A stretch of 63,208 bases of DNA, filler included, from Actinomycetales bacterium (GTDB lineage Bacteria; Actinomycetota; Actinomycetes; Actinomycetales; CAVURS01): assembly GCA_045807245.1 (NCBI GenBank). It is 4 parts of 4 records of this genome, joined end to end, with 100 filler letters (N's around TTAATTAATTAA, not from the genome) between each part and the next. Parts side by side here need not be neighbours in the genome. Positions count along the whole stretch, not along the records: positions 45,962 to 63,208 come from JBJMHS010000085.1; 3 more parts are not named here. One strand, given 5' to 3'. Below the pieces are notes generated by a model. That model searched no databases and was not told the DNA's origin. It saw only the letters and a list, made by a program, of their open reading frames with translations. Numbering within the stretch: the stretch's first letter is position 1; the number at the start of each line of letters is the position of its first letter. This document shows positions 61,380 through 63,208 of the stretch, one piece after another. Made by a program: the position numbers and the translations under genes.

Positions 61380-62309
61380 CTAGAAGCCGAGGCGGGCCAG
61401 GGCCCTGGGGTCGCGCTGCCAGTCCCTGGCCACCCGGACGTGCAGGTCGAGGTAGATCTGCTGGCCCAGCATCGCCTCGATGGAGGCGCGCGCTCGCTCG
61501 CCCACGTCCCTGAGGTGTGACCCGCCCCGCCCGATGACGATCGCCTTCTGGCTCGGCCGCTCGACGTACACCTCCACCCGGATGTCGAGCAGCGGCCGGT
61601 CCGGCGACCGCCCCGCCCGGGGGGTCATCTCCTCCACGACCACGGCCAGGCTGTGCGGCAGCTCGTCCCTGACGCCCTCCAGAGCGGCCTCGCGCACGAG
61701 CTCGGCGACCAGCACGGCCTCGGGTTCGTCCGTGAGCTCGCCGTCCGGGTACAAGGGCGGGCCCAGGGGCAGGTGCTCGACAAACACGTCCGCGACGACG
61801 GACACGTCGGGGTACGAACGCGCGCCCTGCGCCACCGCCGAGCAGGGCACGATGTCGTCCCACTCGCCGAGGTCCTGCACGGCCAGCAGATGCGCAGCCA
61901 GGCCCTCGCGGTCGACCATGTCCGCCTTCGTCGCGACCGCAACGAAGGTCGCGTGCCGGCGACGCTGGCTCAGCTCGGCCAGCTCCCTCGCGATGAACGT
62001 GTCACCCGGCCCGATCCGCTCGTTCGCCGGCAGACAGAAACCCACGACGTCGACCTGCGTCAGCGTCTCCCGCACCAGGTCGTTAAGGCGTTGTCCCAGA
62101 ACGGTTCTGGGGCGATGCAGGCCCGGCGTGTCGACGAGCACGAGCTGCGCATCCGGCCGAGTGACGATGCCACGGATGGTGTGCCGGGTCGTCTGGGGCT
62201 TGTTCGACGTGATGGCGACCTTGGCGCCGACGAGGGCGTTGGTCAGCGTCGACTTGCCGGTGTTCGGCCGGCCGACGAGTGCGGCGAAACCCGACCGGTG
62301 CTCGGTCAC
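61380..62309 (-). CDS. era: GTPase Era
   Basis: GRPNTGKST, KPQTTR, DTPG, TKAD, KH domain RDELPHS..SQKAIVIG; GTG 62309. Confidence 0.97.
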   Translation of the reverse strand: MTEHRSGFAALVGRPNTGKSTLTNALVGAKVAITSNKPQTTRHTIRGIVTRPDAQLVLVDTPGLHRPRTVLGQRLNDLVRETLTQVDVVGFCLPANERIGPGDTFIARELAELSQRRRHATFVAVATKADMVDREGLAAHLLAVQDLGEWDDIVPCSAVAQGARSYPDVSVVADVFVEHLPLGPPLYPDGELTDEPEAVLVAELVREAALEGVRDELPHSLAVVVEEMTPRAGRSPDRPLLDIRVEVYVERPSQKAIVIGRGGSHLRDVGERARASIEAMLGQQIYLDLHVRVARDWQRDPRALARLGF

Positions 62310-62328
62310 GTCACGACCTGGGGAGCAG

Positions 62329-63207
62329 TCACGCGTCCGCCCCGTGCCGCTCGCGCGCCGCCTGCGATGCCTGCTGCGATGCCTGGCCCTCGACGTGGCC
62401 CGGGTCGGCAGCATCCGCGTCCGGCACCTGCCGTACGACGACCGACGCGATCCGGTTGCGCCGACCGGCCCGCCCGTCCGCGGTGAGCTCGAGCCCGTGC
62501 ACCTGGGCGGAGGCGCCGGGGATCGGCACGCGGCCCAGAGCCTTGGCGAGCAGACCACCGACCGTGTCGACGTCGTCGTCCTCGAGCTCGACGTCGAACA
62601 GCTCGCCCAGGTCGTCGAGGTGCATGACGGCGGGCACCCGGACCGCGCCGCCGTCGAGCTGCTCGACGACATCGGCCTCCCGGTCGTACTCGTCGGTGAT
62701 CTCGCCGACGATCTCCTCCAGGATGTCCTCGATGGTCACGAGGCCCGCCGTGCCGCCGTACTCGTCCACCACGATGGCCAGGTGGGTCTGGTCGTGCTGC
62801 ATCTCGCGCAACAGGTCGTCGACCGGCTTGCTGTCCGGGACGAAGACCGCCGGCCGCATCACCTGCTCGACCGTAACCCCTTGCGCCGCAGCCGGATCCG
62901 CGTTCAACCGTCGTGAGACATCCTTCATGTACAGCACACCCAGTACGTCGTCCGGACCGTCGCCCACCACTGGCACGCGGGAGAACCCGGAGCGCAGGAA
63001 CAGCGAGAGTCCCTGCCGTAGCACCTTGCCCCGCTCGATGACGATCATGTCGGTGCGCGGCACCATCACCTCGCGCACCACAGTGTCGCCGAGCTCGAAC
63101 ACCGAGTGGATCATCTCCCGCTCGCTGGCCTCGATCAGCGCGTTCTCACCGGCCAGGTCGACCAGGTCACGCAGCTCGGACTCGGATGCGAACGGACCGT
63201 CCCGGAA
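62329..63207 (-). CDS. Hemolysin-family CBS + CorC/HlyC domain protein (5' end beyond window)
   Basis: VREVMVPRTDM, GFSRVPV, VVDEYGGTAGLVTIEDILEEIVGEI.DEYD, DTVGG. Confidence 0.93.
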   Translation of the reverse strand, partial: FRDGPFASESELRDLVDLAGENALIEASEREMIHSVFELGDTVVREVMVPRTDMIVIERGKVLRQGLSLFLRSGFSRVPVVGDGPDDVLGVLYMKDVSRRLNADPAAAQGVTVEQVMRPAVFVPDSKPVDDLLREMQHDQTHLAIVVDEYGGTAGLVTIEDILEEIVGEITDEYDREADVVEQLDGGAVRVPAVMHLDDLGELFDVELEDDDVDTVGGLLAKALGRVPIPGASAQVHGLELTADGRAGRRNRIASVVVRQVPDADAADPGHVEGQASQQASQAARERHGADA

Positions 63208-63208
63208 C

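Overview
High-GC actinobacterial DNA from a flagellated lineage (Kineosporiales/Micrococcales-like gene content; inference). The window is four contigs joined by artificial 100-bp N44-TTAATTAATTAA-N44 spacers (17363-17462, 33373-33472, 45862-45961). Bases 1-32 look like an Illumina adapter remnant. Contig 1: a truncated STAND ATPase/TPR gene, an EAL-HDOD gene, and the distal part of a flagellar cluster (flgD'-flgE-flbD-motAB-fliLMNOPQR-flhB-flhA-degenerate flhF-small membrane protein-csrA). Contig 2: SMP-30 and DUF1801 genes, a lipoprotein, an S1 protease, and an L-rhamnose ABC/catabolic run followed by lutABC and cydAB. Contig 3: Fpg/Nei glycosylase, CAP protein, ArsR-SRPBCC-hydrolase, MFS exporter, S8 protease and a GlcNAc/chito-oligosaccharide ABC-ROK-nagA operon. 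Contig 4: DesK-like kinase with an ABC-2 exporter, ppdK, glyQS, ZIP-zur with a Zur box, uppS, recO, a diguanylate cyclase, leuA with a Leu leader peptide, protealysin-emfourin, era and a CBS/CorC gene. I saw no rRNA, tRNA, CRISPR array or transposase. The best candidate for under-described biology is a layered flagellar control circuit: four sigma28-type promoters, CsrA-type GGA hairpins in the flhA and flbD-motAB leaders, a P-loop-less FlhF coupled to a 71-aa membrane protein, and a sigma28-driven EAL-HDOD gene. Two other candidates are a three-copy ~100-bp palindromic repeat family and a repeat-built mini-ORF bridging rhaEW to rhaB. All calls come from reading the sequence; no searches were run.
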